DNA of 64,000 nucleotides from a virus (Duplodnaviria; Heunggongvirae; Uroviricota; Caudoviricetes): IMG/VR virus record IMGVR_UViG_3300032330_001609, positions 133,975 to 197,974 of that record; one strand, 5' to 3'. Shown piece by piece: positions 47,539 to 56,957 of this stretch (position 1 is its first letter; each line of letters starts with the position of its first letter). The notes under the pieces were generated by a model. It saw only the letters and a program-made list of their open reading frames with translations, ran no database searches and was not told where the DNA came from. The position numbers and the translations under genes were made by a program.

Positions 47539-49436
47539 TGGCATATCCAATTAAAAATACTATTACTATACAATCAAACTCACTAATGAGAGAAAACTTT
47601 GCTATTGGTGTTAATCAAGGTGGATATGGACTAACATCATCAACAGCGTTTTGGAATGGAAAAACACCAAACGTTGGTGGTTATGTAACCTATGTGGGTA
47701 ATGGAACAAGTAGTCCAACAATGTATATTTCTACGGGTGATACTCAATTAATAGCTCTTTCTAATCAATTAGGGGGTATGGGTAACATAACAACTATTGG
47801 TGATGCGTTAAATCTTCTTAATTTTGGAAATTATAAGTGTCTCAATGTTGAACCACCAAATATAGTAACCAATGGGATTAAACTTTATTTAGATGCCGGA
47901 TTTACACCATCATATTCAAAATCCGGAACCTTTTGGTATGATTTAAGTGGTAGTGGAAATACGGGAACATTAATTAATGGACCGGTGTATAGTAGTGATG
48001 CCGGAGGTAGTATATCTTTTGATGGGACAAATGATTATATGTCGGTTCCGTCTTTATCCGGTACATCGTTTCCACAAAATACCGGAACAATATCTTTTTG
48101 GTATTATGTAGACTCAACAGGTGGGGTTAGTCAAACTATTTTTGATGTGAATACTTCAGGTAGGAGTCATTATTCTATTTCGTATGATAACATTAATGGT
48201 ATAACTTTAAGTGCGTATAATGGGGGAACTACACTATATAATTTTAGTATTGGTGGTTCACCTAATGTTTGGAATCATATTGTACTAACATATAATAATG
48301 TGTTTCCGGGTACTCGTGGATTTTTTCTTAATGGTGTGGGTAGTTTTGCTGCGGGTGGTATACCGGTTGGTTTCCAACCAACAGGACAATTTGTTGGATT
48401 TGGGTCACCAAATACTTACCCAAAAAAAGGAAAGGCATTTAATTTAATGATTTATAATAGAGCATTGTCAGAATCGGAAATATTACAAAATTATTATGCA
48501 GGACTTCAACGATTTATACCAACAGACAATTTAGTTTTATGGTTAGATGGTCAAAATACAAATACAAGAGTAATTACTCCAACTACAGCGTATGATGCGA
48601 GTGGAAATAATTATAATGGTACCTTTAGTAATGGTGCAACACTTGCCTATTATGATGCGGTAACATCTTTTTATTTTGATGGTATTAATGATGTGATAAC
48701 AACATCTTTATCTACGTTAGGATTAAGTACTACTTGGACTATATGGGTTAAACGAACACAATCTGTAAATACTTACAATGCAATGATGGGTATGTATTTA
48801 CCTTATTTTGCATTTAGGAGTGATAATAGTATTCAATTTTCAAATTATTTCTTAGGTATTCAATATAATTTATATGCTTATGCGGATTTAGCTGATAATG
48901 TTTGGTATTTTATGACGTTTGTCTCATCTTATTCTGCGGGGAATACTACAATGAAAATTTATTTGAATGGGGAGTTACAAGTTCAACAAGTATATGTAGG
49001 TCAACAACCAACAACAACAAATAATAGTTTAAGATTAGGTGGTTGGGAGACAGGTGGTAGTAATCCATTTAATGGAAAAATTGGTGACGTTAGATTATAT
49101 AATAGAGAGTTGACTTCTACGGAAATAACAAATATATATTTGGCGGGTACACCAAGATATGGTGGTGTAAGGGTTTATAAACTTATGTTACTATCGTGTT
49201 GTGATGAGGGGATTATTTATGTATATTCAACATCATCAAGTATTGTTGTTGGGGCTTATTTATATACTAATATTGCATTAACAATACCATTTTATAGTGG
49301 GGATTACTCTAATTTTGTGGTCAACTATTCAAATTCAAGTTGTTGTTCCAATGATTCGGGAGTTGAAACTACACCCACAGGTTACGTCGGTAATATTAGT
49401 GGATTTAGTGGTGGTTGTCCTCAATGTGGTGGTTAA
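47538..49436 (+). CDS. double LamG/ConA-like lectin-domain protein (candidate fibre/adhesin)
   Basis: Two LamG-like units (FDGTNDYMSVPS...ISFWYYVD and FYFDGINDVITT...WTIWVKR) plus GDVRLYNRELTSTEI; the C-terminus is Cys-rich. Confidence 0.55.
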   Translation: MAYPIKNTITIQSNSLMRENFAIGVNQGGYGLTSSTAFWNGKTPNVGGYVTYVGNGTSSPTMYISTGDTQLIALSNQLGGMGNITTIGDALNLLNFGNYKCLNVEPPNIVTNGIKLYLDAGFTPSYSKSGTFWYDLSGSGNTGTLINGPVYSSDAGGSISFDGTNDYMSVPSLSGTSFPQNTGTISFWYYVDSTGGVSQTIFDVNTSGRSHYSISYDNINGITLSAYNGGTTLYNFSIGGSPNVWNHIVLTYNNVFPGTRGFFLNGVGSFAAGGIPVGFQPTGQFVGFGSPNTYPKKGKAFNLMIYNRALSESEILQNYYAGLQRFIPTDNLVLWLDGQNTNTRVITPTTAYDASGNNYNGTFSNGATLAYYDAVTSFYFDGINDVITTSLSTLGLSTTWTIWVKRTQSVNTYNAMMGMYLPYFAFRSDNSIQFSNYFLGIQYNLYAYADLADNVWYFMTFVSSYSAGNTTMKIYLNGELQVQQVYVGQQPTTTNNSLRLGGWETGGSNPFNGKIGDVRLYNRELTSTEITNIYLAGTPRYGGVRVYKLMLLSCCDEGIIYVYSTSSSIVVGAYLYTNIALTIPFYSGDYSNFVVNYSNSSCCSNDSGVETTPTGYVGNISGFSGGCPQCGG

Positions 49437-49474
49437 TAATCACTATGTCAAAGAACAAAAATGGTGGATTACTA

Positions 49475-49837
49475 TCACACCATTTTGATTGTTCCAATTT
49501 CTATTCTCGCAGGGATAGAAAATAAGGTAAATGATTTTTGAATATCTTCTTTTACATAAGTTCTGATGTATTGGTTTCTTCTTCGTGGTGACCACCAATA
49601 ATCTTTTATATAACGCCATTCCTTATCTTGTGTCCAATATTTATCTGATACTTCAAGATTAACATAAAGAATTCTGTTCCAAGCAAAATAATCGTCCTTA
49701 AACTTAACCCCTTTAGCTTTATAATTAAATTGGAACCACTCATCCCTTTCAACCATTCCGGTTATAGGGTGTTTTTTAAGATACTTCTTAATGTGGGGAA
49801 TAATGTTGGCTACGTAAATTTGGTCTTTGTTATCCAT
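49475..49837 (-). CDS. hypothetical W/Y-rich protein
   Basis: 120 aa. Confidence 0.5.
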   Translation of the reverse strand: MDNKDQIYVANIIPHIKKYLKKHPITGMVERDEWFQFNYKAKGVKFKDDYFAWNRILYVNLEVSDKYWTQDKEWRYIKDYWWSPRRRNQYIRTYVKEDIQKSFTLFSIPARIEIGTIKMV

Positions 49838-50058
49838 ATTATCTAAACATTGGGGTTAAGTACTCAATTAAGTATTTTGCGTAAGTGGTTAAAAGTTCGT
49901 TACCATCAAAAATGAAAGTGTCTTTAGAATTAACCACAGCATTTTGATATTCTTTTTTCAATCTTGAGAATGTTGATGAATCAACTGACATAGTATTTGA
50001 CATAACGGATTATTTTAATTAAAGTACAAAGATACAAAATTAAAACTATTCCGCCAAA

Positions 50059-50073
50059 TAATATATTTATCAA
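50059..50073 (+). promoter_or_regulatory. GATATTTAT-class motif
   Basis: aatatatttatcaat before 50075. Confidence 0.45.
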
Positions 50074-50074
50074 T

Positions 50075-50503
50075 ATGAACTTAATCGAGAACATAGAAAG
50101 AATCAACACCTTAATCTCTGAAGATAAAAAAGGCGAGACCATCAGAAATTTAATTGACAAGATGGGAATTGCCGACGCCATTAAATTGGTGGGAAATTAT
50201 TATATGGTTGAGCCATACTTAAAAGAGATTGACAAAGTAAATTATATTAAAGAAAAAGTTTCCCAAATCTGTGATGAGTTTGGTGCAAATGGTTTTGGTC
50301 TTGTTGAGGTTGATTCCGCACCAATTTTTTATAGTGAAGATGAAGATGAATTAAGACAAATAGAATATTTAGGTAGAAAACAACTTTATGTTGACGTTTA
50401 TTCTTCAGATACTAATTCTAACTTAGGTGATTTCAAAGTTAATTATGAAAGTTTACCGGGACAAATACTTGATGAGTTGGTTGAGGTATTCATAAACTAC
50501 TAA
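50075..50503 (+). CDS. MNLxENIxRI-class protein
   Basis: MNLIENIERINTLISEDKKGE. Confidence 0.55.
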   Translation: MNLIENIERINTLISEDKKGETIRNLIDKMGIADAIKLVGNYYMVEPYLKEIDKVNYIKEKVSQICDEFGANGFGLVEVDSAPIFYSEDEDELRQIEYLGRKQLYVDVYSSDTNSNLGDFKVNYESLPGQILDELVEVFINY

Positions 50504-50506
50504 GAT

Positions 50507-50968
50507 ATGAATTTACAAGAGAACATACATAGAATCCAATCGTTACTAACGGAGAACCGGGAGGAAATGATTAAGAATATGATAGACAAACACGGATTAT
50601 ATCACGCCATCAAATTAATGGGGGGATATGAAAATGTGTTACATTTTATTGACCACGAAAAAATTGATGATGAAGAAAAAATAATAACAATAAAACATAT
50701 TGTTAAAGAATTGTCGGATTTAATGGGTGAAAGCGGAATATCTGTATATGAAAGTGGTTTATCACCGGTTAGATATAGTATTGATTCGTATGAAGAAAAG
50801 ATTATAAACTATTATGGTAAAACAAGAGTTTCTATTGATGTTTTTGGTGGACATAAATATGAAGACCTTGTCGGTACTTACGCAATAGATTATGAAAATC
50901 TTCCCAAAGATGTTTTAGATAATGTTTTTATATGGATGATTGACGCATTAGAACAACACTATAAATAG
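50507..50968 (+). CDS. MNLxENIxRI-class protein (paralog of 50075)
   Basis: MNLQENIHRIQSLLTENREE; shares ...HAIKLMGGYE / DAIKLVGNYY and the ending with 50075. Confidence 0.55.
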   Translation: MNLQENIHRIQSLLTENREEMIKNMIDKHGLYHAIKLMGGYENVLHFIDHEKIDDEEKIITIKHIVKELSDLMGESGISVYESGLSPVRYSIDSYEEKIINYYGKTRVSIDVFGGHKYEDLVGTYAIDYENLPKDVLDNVFIWMIDALEQHYK

Positions 50969-50971
50969 ATT

Positions 50972-51376
50972 ATGAAATTAATTAACACCATAAAGATATT
51001 AATAGAGAATGAGTTATATTCACCTGCGGGAAAAGAAATAACTCCAAACGATATTGTTATACACAAATCAAATCCAATGTTCAGGGATGATATTCTTAGA
51101 GATGGATTAAAAACAAAAACGGGGGAATGTTATAAGATTTATGTTGGTTATGGATATAAGTGTCAACCGGCAATATTTGCAACCAACTCAACAAACAAAA
51201 GAGCTTGGTTTGATTCTACGTATGATGATGATATATGGGAGATAAATACTAAAATGATTCCGGACGTTAAGTGGTATAAAGATAAACATTTTGGTTCCAC
51301 ATCGAAACATATGGTAACATTCCAAAACATACCACCGGAATGTCTTAATTTAATTTACAAAGGGACCGGAAAATAG
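50972..51376 (+). CDS. hypothetical protein
   Basis: 134 aa. Confidence 0.5.
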   Translation: MKLINTIKILIENELYSPAGKEITPNDIVIHKSNPMFRDDILRDGLKTKTGECYKIYVGYGYKCQPAIFATNSTNKRAWFDSTYDDDIWEINTKMIPDVKWYKDKHFGSTSKHMVTFQNIPPECLNLIYKGTGK

Positions 51377-51384
51377 TTATTAAT

Positions 51385-51642
51385 ATGGAAACAACAATTA
51401 AAACAGTACACAAATTATTAGACAAACTTATATTACCCAAATATGAAGATATTGATGAATATCATATAATATTTAATGATGGGGATATTGAGATTACATT
51501 TTGGATGGATGGAACAGACCAAGAAACTGAAGAAGAGATTGTGGATGAATGTTGGAGTGTTTTAGGTATGTTGGGTTCTGATGACTATCATTTTATCTTC
51601 AAGTTTACCACAGAGGGGGAACACTTCTACACTTACTCATAA
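51385..51642 (+). CDS. hypothetical acidic protein
   Basis: 85 aa. Confidence 0.45.
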   Translation: METTIKTVHKLLDKLILPKYEDIDEYHIIFNDGDIEITFWMDGTDQETEEEIVDECWSVLGMLGSDDYHFIFKFTTEGEHFYTYS

Positions 51643-51647
51643 TTATT

Positions 51648-51712
51648 GTATATTATAGTATACAAAACACCTCATTTTACCACAAAATGTATATTATAAT
51701 GTACAAAGCGTG
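51648..51712. promoter_or_regulatory. palindromic operator-like sites (two) upstream of the minus-strand family genes
   Basis: tgtatattatagtataca and tgtatattataatgtaca are near-perfect 18-bp palindromes. Confidence 0.4.
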
Positions 51713-51717
51713 GGTGA

Positions 51718-52020
51718 TTAAGATATTCTTCTAATAGTAACAGAATCACCAAATTTATCATTAAGGTATTTCAATAATAGTTCATCAGTTTGATTACCAA
51801 AGAAAGAATGGATTGTAACATACTTATCGTTATTGTATGTAAAGGAATGATTTTCAAATGACCTACCAAAACTATCACCATCTTTGGTTGTAAAGACATA
51901 TTCGGTGGCTTCAACACTCAAATATTTTTTCTTAACAATATGATATGTCAAGTCATAATACTTCTCCATAAAGTTGGCGAACGTTTTATATAATTTGTCT
52001 TCTGTAATAATTAGTTTCAT
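51718..52020 (-). CDS. MKIIITE-family protein
   Basis: MKLIITEDKLYKTFANFMEKYY. Confidence 0.6.
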   Translation of the reverse strand: MKLIITEDKLYKTFANFMEKYYDLTYHIVKKKYLSVEATEYVFTTKDGDSFGRSFENHSFTYNNDKYVTIHSFFGNQTDELLLKYLNDKFGDSVTIRRIS

Positions 52021-52035
52021 AATAAGCGTGGGGGA

Positions 52036-52395
52036 TTAATCTTCAGTATGATGACGTGTTATGTGATATCTACCACATTCAGTACACCACCAAGTAGTTA
52101 CGTTAACTTTCTCAACGTGTAGATTATAATTCTTTTTAAGCCAAGGGATAAGTATTTCATTAATACTTTTAACATTAAGATTAAACATAGATACTAATTC
52201 TTGTATCACATCATCACGAAATTCAACCACACTTGTACTACGATTATAGTCAAATATAGTATTATCGTTTTTATCAATAAAGTGAATATACTTAATACTA
52301 CCGGGAGAGGAATGACTAAACAAGTCACCATAGTACTTATCTAACCATTTGATTACGATATCATTTCTTTTACTCTCAGTTATAATCAATTTCAT
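52036..52395 (-). CDS. MKIIITE-family protein with C-terminal Cys cluster
   Basis: Start trimmed to MKLIITESKRNDIVIKWL; gtgatatatttatta lies directly upstream on the minus strand. Confidence 0.55.
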   Translation of the reverse strand: MKLIITESKRNDIVIKWLDKYYGDLFSHSSPGSIKYIHFIDKNDNTIFDYNRSTSVVEFRDDVIQELVSMFNLNVKSINEILIPWLKKNYNLHVEKVNVTTWWCTECGRYHITRHHTED

Positions 52396-52397
52396 AT

Positions 52398-52412
52398 TAA
52401 TAAATATATCAC
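52398..52412 (-). promoter_or_regulatory. GATATTTAT-class motif on the minus strand
   Basis: The minus strand reads gtgatatatttattaatATG for the gene starting at 52395. Confidence 0.45.
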
Positions 52413-52506
52413 TATTGATAAGATGGGGGGAATTTATTATAATTAAAAAACGGGGGAGTCGAAAACCGAATAGAGTAGACATATACATATATAAATTTAT
52501 ACACAA

Positions 52507-52773
52507 ATGTACACATTAAGAGTATTGCACCCAAGCGGTGACGAACAAAATTATTATTTAGGTGACTTATACAAAGTCACATTAAAAGACAAAAGTCCTG
52601 ACAATTTCAAATTAACTTATGATTCTTATGTAGAAGAACATATTGATTTAGAAATGATTGACGAGGGGTTATATGGTTTTATCACATCATATGTCCAAGG
52701 AGTACAACCATTATACAAGAGTAGTAAATACTACATCGTTATGGAGTCAGGTAAAACATTTCAAAAACTATAA
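52507..52773 (+). CDS. hypothetical protein
   Basis: 88 aa. Confidence 0.45.
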   Translation: MYTLRVLHPSGDEQNYYLGDLYKVTLKDKSPDNFKLTYDSYVEEHIDLEMIDEGLYGFITSYVQGVQPLYKSSKYYIVMESGKTFQKL

Positions 52774-52914
52774 AAACAAATAAGATTATGAAAGAATTAA
52801 TAATTAAAATACTAAACGATTAAACCATTCGTTCATAGTCCTACGTTTCACTCCGGAATTCACTCATAGTTTCATCCTTTACTATTTTCTTATTCGTATA
52901 CAGTTTCGTATATA

Positions 52915-52995
52915 TACGTATCATTACGTATATTATAATATACAAAACAAATCATTTCAGACCATATTGTATGTTATAGTATACATTTTACTATT
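52915..52995. promoter_or_regulatory. palindromic operator-like sites (two)
   Basis: gtatattataatatac is a perfect 16-bp palindrome, and tgtatgttatagtataca follows. Confidence 0.4.
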
Positions 52996-53661
52996 GACCA
53001 TTAATAGTCAAGTAAACAATTCCCCCCATTTAATGGAGGGGACTTCGTCCCCCCTCTGAAGAAGGGGACAATAACAGACACGATTAGTTATCCGGTATGG
53101 TGTTCATTTCTAAAGTATGTTCATTTGCAATGAACAAGGTAAATGAATGAACATATGACAGGATGTTATGGTAAGTTATGTTTTGTATCACTGTAGTCAG
53201 TTTTAAACTCACAATACTGATACAAATAATAACTTTTAATGGTGTTTTGTGTCTGTATGGTGTCCCATATTATATTGTCTGAGTTCGTTTAACAGGTCCA
53301 TTAAAATACCCCTTAACGGGTCGTTGAAGTAAGTATTCTAACACACTACGTGTTCCACCGCATAATGTACCATAATGACCTTAATTAGCTGGAGAATAGA
53401 AGTACCTAATTTATTGGTCCTGAGAGTACCTACAGAGGGGAAAAATTGACGTTCTATATAGCGTCAGGACCAATAGTGGTGGTAAAAAGTGGTAACGTGG
53501 GGAATTAAAATGGGGGGAAATACTGTCAAAGTGATTATCCCCAATGACAAATAAGACTGACATTTTGTCAAAATCAAGAAAAATGGAAGAAAAAGTTATC
53601 AACAATTCCCCCTCTTTACATCAAGAACCCCAATTAGTATATTTATAGTAAACGATTTTAT

Positions 53662-53979
53662 ATGTACCAAAACAAGTTTCGGGTCGAGTACCTTAATGAC
53701 TTTAATACGGAAGTAATACAGAATGACTCTAAATATGTGGTCATATATACCTATGGAAACTTCTCCGGGACGTGTGAATATGAACTATTCAAGTCCGGAA
53801 ACAGAATCAAGCAAGATGTTCTCCTACTAACCAAAGTGGAGATGGGGGATATCATAGAGAAGATTCATATGGATTCCCCCCTGACAAGTGATGACTTAAC
53901 CGATATGTCAATGAACATTAGGAACCATTCCTTATCCAAGGTGGAGGAATTTATAAGTGGTCAGGGTCCTCATCAATAA
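53662..53979 (+). CDS. hypothetical protein inside the low-coding hub
   Basis: 105 aa; an ATATTTATAG motif lies upstream. Confidence 0.35.
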   Translation: MYQNKFRVEYLNDFNTEVIQNDSKYVVIYTYGNFSGTCEYELFKSGNRIKQDVLLLTKVEMGDIIEKIHMDSPLTSDDLTDMSMNIRNHSLSKVEEFISGQGPHQ

Positions 53980-54400
53980 TGTTTCTTTTCCACCACTTAA
54001 CAAAACGGTTATCCGGTTTAGCGTGGGGGATAATGTGTGTCTGAATAAAGACCATACACATAAGAACAATAGACAAAATAAGTAATCCAATAATAATCAT
54101 CATAGTTTAAATGTTTAAGAGTTACCGGTGATAATCACCGTCAAATGACAAAGATATAAACAAATTATGAAATTCACAACAAAAGGGGGGATTCTTTAGC
54201 AACAATTTTTATTTAGTAATAGGTTGGATTATGAGATTCTCAGTAAAACGGGGGGATTTATATAAAAAATATAAAGCAGGTTGGAGTCTACTCTTCCACC
54301 ACTCGGTCCGCCCCCTGTTGGATTGATTACCAATTCAGTGATACAAAGGTACGAATAACAAATGACACTGCCAAATAAAATCTTCAATATATTTATTATT

Positions 54401-54862
54401 ATGAAAGAAAATGAAAGACACCCGGAATTAACCCCCAATGAAATAAGAGGTATTGACCTTATTATCAAGTCATTAAAGAAGAAGTATAACTTTATCACAG
54501 GATGGTCTCCGGTAGATGACTATACAAAATATGATAACACACTATTCCTTACATTAGATATTGATATGGATAAGGTGTCTGACTATTATGGTTTCAGAAT
54601 AAGACCACTCATTAAACAATTTATGGAAGACAAAGAATCAGAATGGTATGGTAGAGACATCTCTAACCCCACCGTCTTCTTGGACCTACCTGATAACAAT
54701 GATGAGGGGTACCAATCTAAAGTGAGAATGAATGAACTATCTAATACTCTATACAATCAACTCCCGGAGAAACTACAACGTACTTATATGTTCGTAGGAA
54801 CTTATGACCAAAGAGAATTCCCTGTTGTTATTAACATTCATTCCTTCAGAGCTTACATATAA
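54401..54862 (+). CDS. hypothetical protein
   Basis: The ORF 54362.. was trimmed to MKENERHPEL. Confidence 0.4.
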   Translation: MKENERHPELTPNEIRGIDLIIKSLKKKYNFITGWSPVDDYTKYDNTLFLTLDIDMDKVSDYYGFRIRPLIKQFMEDKESEWYGRDISNPTVFLDLPDNNDEGYQSKVRMNELSNTLYNQLPEKLQRTYMFVGTYDQREFPVVINIHSFRAYI

Positions 54863-54936
54863 GTTATCAACCTGACATCTTGTCAATTGTTAATAACTTC
54901 TCATAACATTACTTGTATAATCCAAACTTACATCAC

Positions 54937-54967
54937 CACCCCCCATCTTTTGTTGGGGGTTTTTTAT
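54937..54967 (+). terminator. rho-independent terminator
   Basis: cccccc-atcttttgtt-ggggg followed by T6. Confidence 0.6.
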
Positions 54968-55060
54968 TATACCCCTCCCGGTAATAACCCCCCTATACCC
55001 CTCCCCTTAGATGGGGGTACGTATCCCCCCTCCGCTCCTCCCCCCATTTATACCCAAAAT
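54968..55060. repeat. poly-C tract cluster (G-tracts on the minus strand)
   Basis: At least six runs of C4-C7 within about 90 nt of a roughly 30% GC genome. Confidence 0.6.
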
Positions 55061-55302
55061 AGGGGCATAATCCCCTAAACGATGTGTTCCTAAAAAAAAT
55101 CTAAAAAAATTTTTGGGAAAAAATTGGGGGAAAAGTCCCCCCGGTTAATTGGTACCCGGAAATGATTTGTAATAATCCGGAAAATTTCCGGTTAGGATAA
55201 ATGGGGGTCAAAATGTAAAAAAAAATTTCCGGAAAAATTTTTGGAAAAAAGGGTTTTCTTTTATTTTTTCAAATATTATATTTGTGGTATGACTAACAGA
55301 TA

Positions 55303-55316
55303 GAACGTGCGCACGT
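55303..55316. promoter_or_regulatory. perfect 14-bp GC-rich palindrome AACGTGCGCACGTT upstream of the ParB-like gene
   Basis: Unique GC-rich palindrome about 65 nt before the ATG at 55382. Confidence 0.35.
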
Positions 55317-55381
55317 TAAGGTTGGTAAATAGAAATTAAAACGGTCGGAGAACGACATTAAAGAATTTAACACATTTTATT

Positions 55382-56245
55382 ATGGAACAGATTTTAGAAG
55401 AAAAATCTATGACATTTCCAATCTACGGAAATGTCCAAGAATTAACAAAGGTTTACGTAACCAAAGACTACCACTTATTTGGGTTTATAAAGGGGAATCG
55501 AGAGATAGACCAAACCAATCTAAACAACATTAAGGAATCATTAAGTAAGAAACAGATATTAGAATCTGCAATTATTATTGGTATTGATAATGTATCCAAT
55601 GACGGAAGACCATACAAGATTATTGAGGGTCAACACAGATACAGTGCTTGTACTGAGTTAGAGTTACCGGTATCATTTATAATCCGTGAGGACTTTGACA
55701 TTGAGGTTATGGAGAAATCCCTTTCAATTGTTGAGTTATTGAATACGGCATCTAAGACTTGGGACATTACAAATTTTATGTACTCAAAATGTTTATTGGG
55801 TATTAAACCATATATACTATACAAACAATTGTTTGAGAAGTACGATATGTTGGAACACGAAACTATTTTAACAATTATCAATAGGTATAAGGGTGATTAT
55901 AAGTATGTTTGGTATCAACAATTCAAGGAGGGTGATTTATTATTGACTGATGAGATGTATGTAAATGTTGATAGGGATTTATTAATATTAAATTCGTTGA
56001 TTCCAAGTATTATTAACAGTGGGAAGAGACAGTACATTAAGGCATATATTAATATTATGTATACCCCCAACCTTGATATTAAAAGATTAATTAATAAGAC
56101 ACTTCAAATTGGGGAATTACCTGTTAGTAAGAACATTGACAAGTGTTACGAGATAATTGTAAAGGAAGTATACAATAAAGGAATTTCTAAGAATAAACTT
56201 TATGGTATGATTGGAGATAATGAAGTTAAGTTTATGATTAACTAA
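55382..56245 (+). CDS. ParB-like nuclease-domain protein
   Basis: YKIIEGQHRYSA resembles the ParB/Srx DGHHR box. Confidence 0.5.
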   Translation: MEQILEEKSMTFPIYGNVQELTKVYVTKDYHLFGFIKGNREIDQTNLNNIKESLSKKQILESAIIIGIDNVSNDGRPYKIIEGQHRYSACTELELPVSFIIREDFDIEVMEKSLSIVELLNTASKTWDITNFMYSKCLLGIKPYILYKQLFEKYDMLEHETILTIINRYKGDYKYVWYQQFKEGDLLLTDEMYVNVDRDLLILNSLIPSIINSGKRQYIKAYINIMYTPNLDIKRLINKTLQIGELPVSKNIDKCYEIIVKEVYNKGISKNKLYGMIGDNEVKFMIN

Positions 56246-56255
56246 ATTAATATTG

Positions 56256-56288
56256 AACCCCCGCTTTTATTTAAGTTGGGGGTTTTTA
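56256..56288 (+). terminator. rho-independent terminator
   Basis: aaccccc-gcttttatttaagtt-gggggtt followed by T5. Confidence 0.6.
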
Positions 56289-56348
56289 TGTATAGACCGG
56301 ACCCGAACTCCCTTCGGTCGGTTCCAAATCCCCCCGCCCCCTTTTTTA
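56288..56348 (+). repeat. hairpin-CCCCCCGCCCCC-T-run element, copy A
   Basis: atgtatagaccggacccgaactcccttcggtcggttccaaatccccccgccccctttttt. Confidence 0.7.
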
Positions 56349-56410
56349 TTTGACTATTAAAAATTAAATGTTTATCATTGGGTATTATAAATTATTAAAT
56401 CAAAAATATT

Positions 56411-56692
56411 ATGTACGAAGAAGACGTAACAGAAAGACCAAGAGAAATCGGGGACGGACCAAGAATTAACGGTGGGGATATGGTAAAACAAGACTACCGA
56501 AGTAAACAAGAAACACTTAGAGATTACGAAATCAATATTCGTTTTTTGAGTGTGGGATGTGTTGTTAGTGTGGGATGTAGACAGATTCCATTTAGAAACA
56601 TAACTGAGGCGATGGAAGAAGTTAACAAGTATGTTCAAAACCCAACTCAGGAAAGAGAGAGATGGTATAAGATATTTGATTCTGCTGAGTAA
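56411..56692 (+). CDS. hypothetical protein
   Basis: 93 aa. Confidence 0.5.
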   Translation: MYEEDVTERPREIGDGPRINGGDMVKQDYRSKQETLRDYEINIRFLSVGCVVSVGCRQIPFRNITEAMEEVNKYVQNPTQERERWYKIFDSAE

Positions 56693-56696
56693 AGAA

Positions 56697-56728
56697 TTAA
56701 CCCCCATTTCAACAATGGGGTTTTTTTA
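56697..56728 (+). terminator. rho-independent terminator
   Basis: aaccccca-tttcaacaa-tgggggtt followed by T7. Confidence 0.65.
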
Positions 56729-56760
56729 TGTAATATATTTGGACAATTAAAATATTGTTG

Positions 56761-56768
56761 TATCTTTG
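56761..56768 (+). promoter_or_regulatory. Bacteroidota-type -7 box
   Basis: ttgttgtatctttgtcaaaaat before 56784. Confidence 0.5.
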
Positions 56769-56783
56769 TCAAAAATTTTATTT

Positions 56784-56957
56784 ATGGCAAAAGTTAAATT
56801 CATTGTTGTTAAGGAGAAGTCCACACAGAGAGTTGTGGACCGTATTAGTTGTGGTCATCTCTATGGTGGTTTTCAAATTGGATATGAGGCCGGAAAACTT
56901 GTTGGTAAGTATCCGGAGGATGAGTATGTAATTTATTTGGAAGAAACAAAAATATGA
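56784..56957 (+). CDS. hypothetical small protein
   Basis: The ORF-track TTG start lies inside the promoter box; first ATG at 56784 (MAKVKFIVV). Confidence 0.4.
   Translation: MAKVKFIVVKEKSTQRVVDRISCGHLYGGFQIGYEAGKLVGKYPEDEYVIYLEETKI

Noticed and set aside
54887-55078. ORF 54887..55078 (P-rich, 63 aa) and the minus-strand ORFs 53411..53605 and 54229..54498
   Set aside because: They are generated by poly-C/poly-G tracts and inverted repeats in the non-coding hub and have no start context. Treated as spurious.
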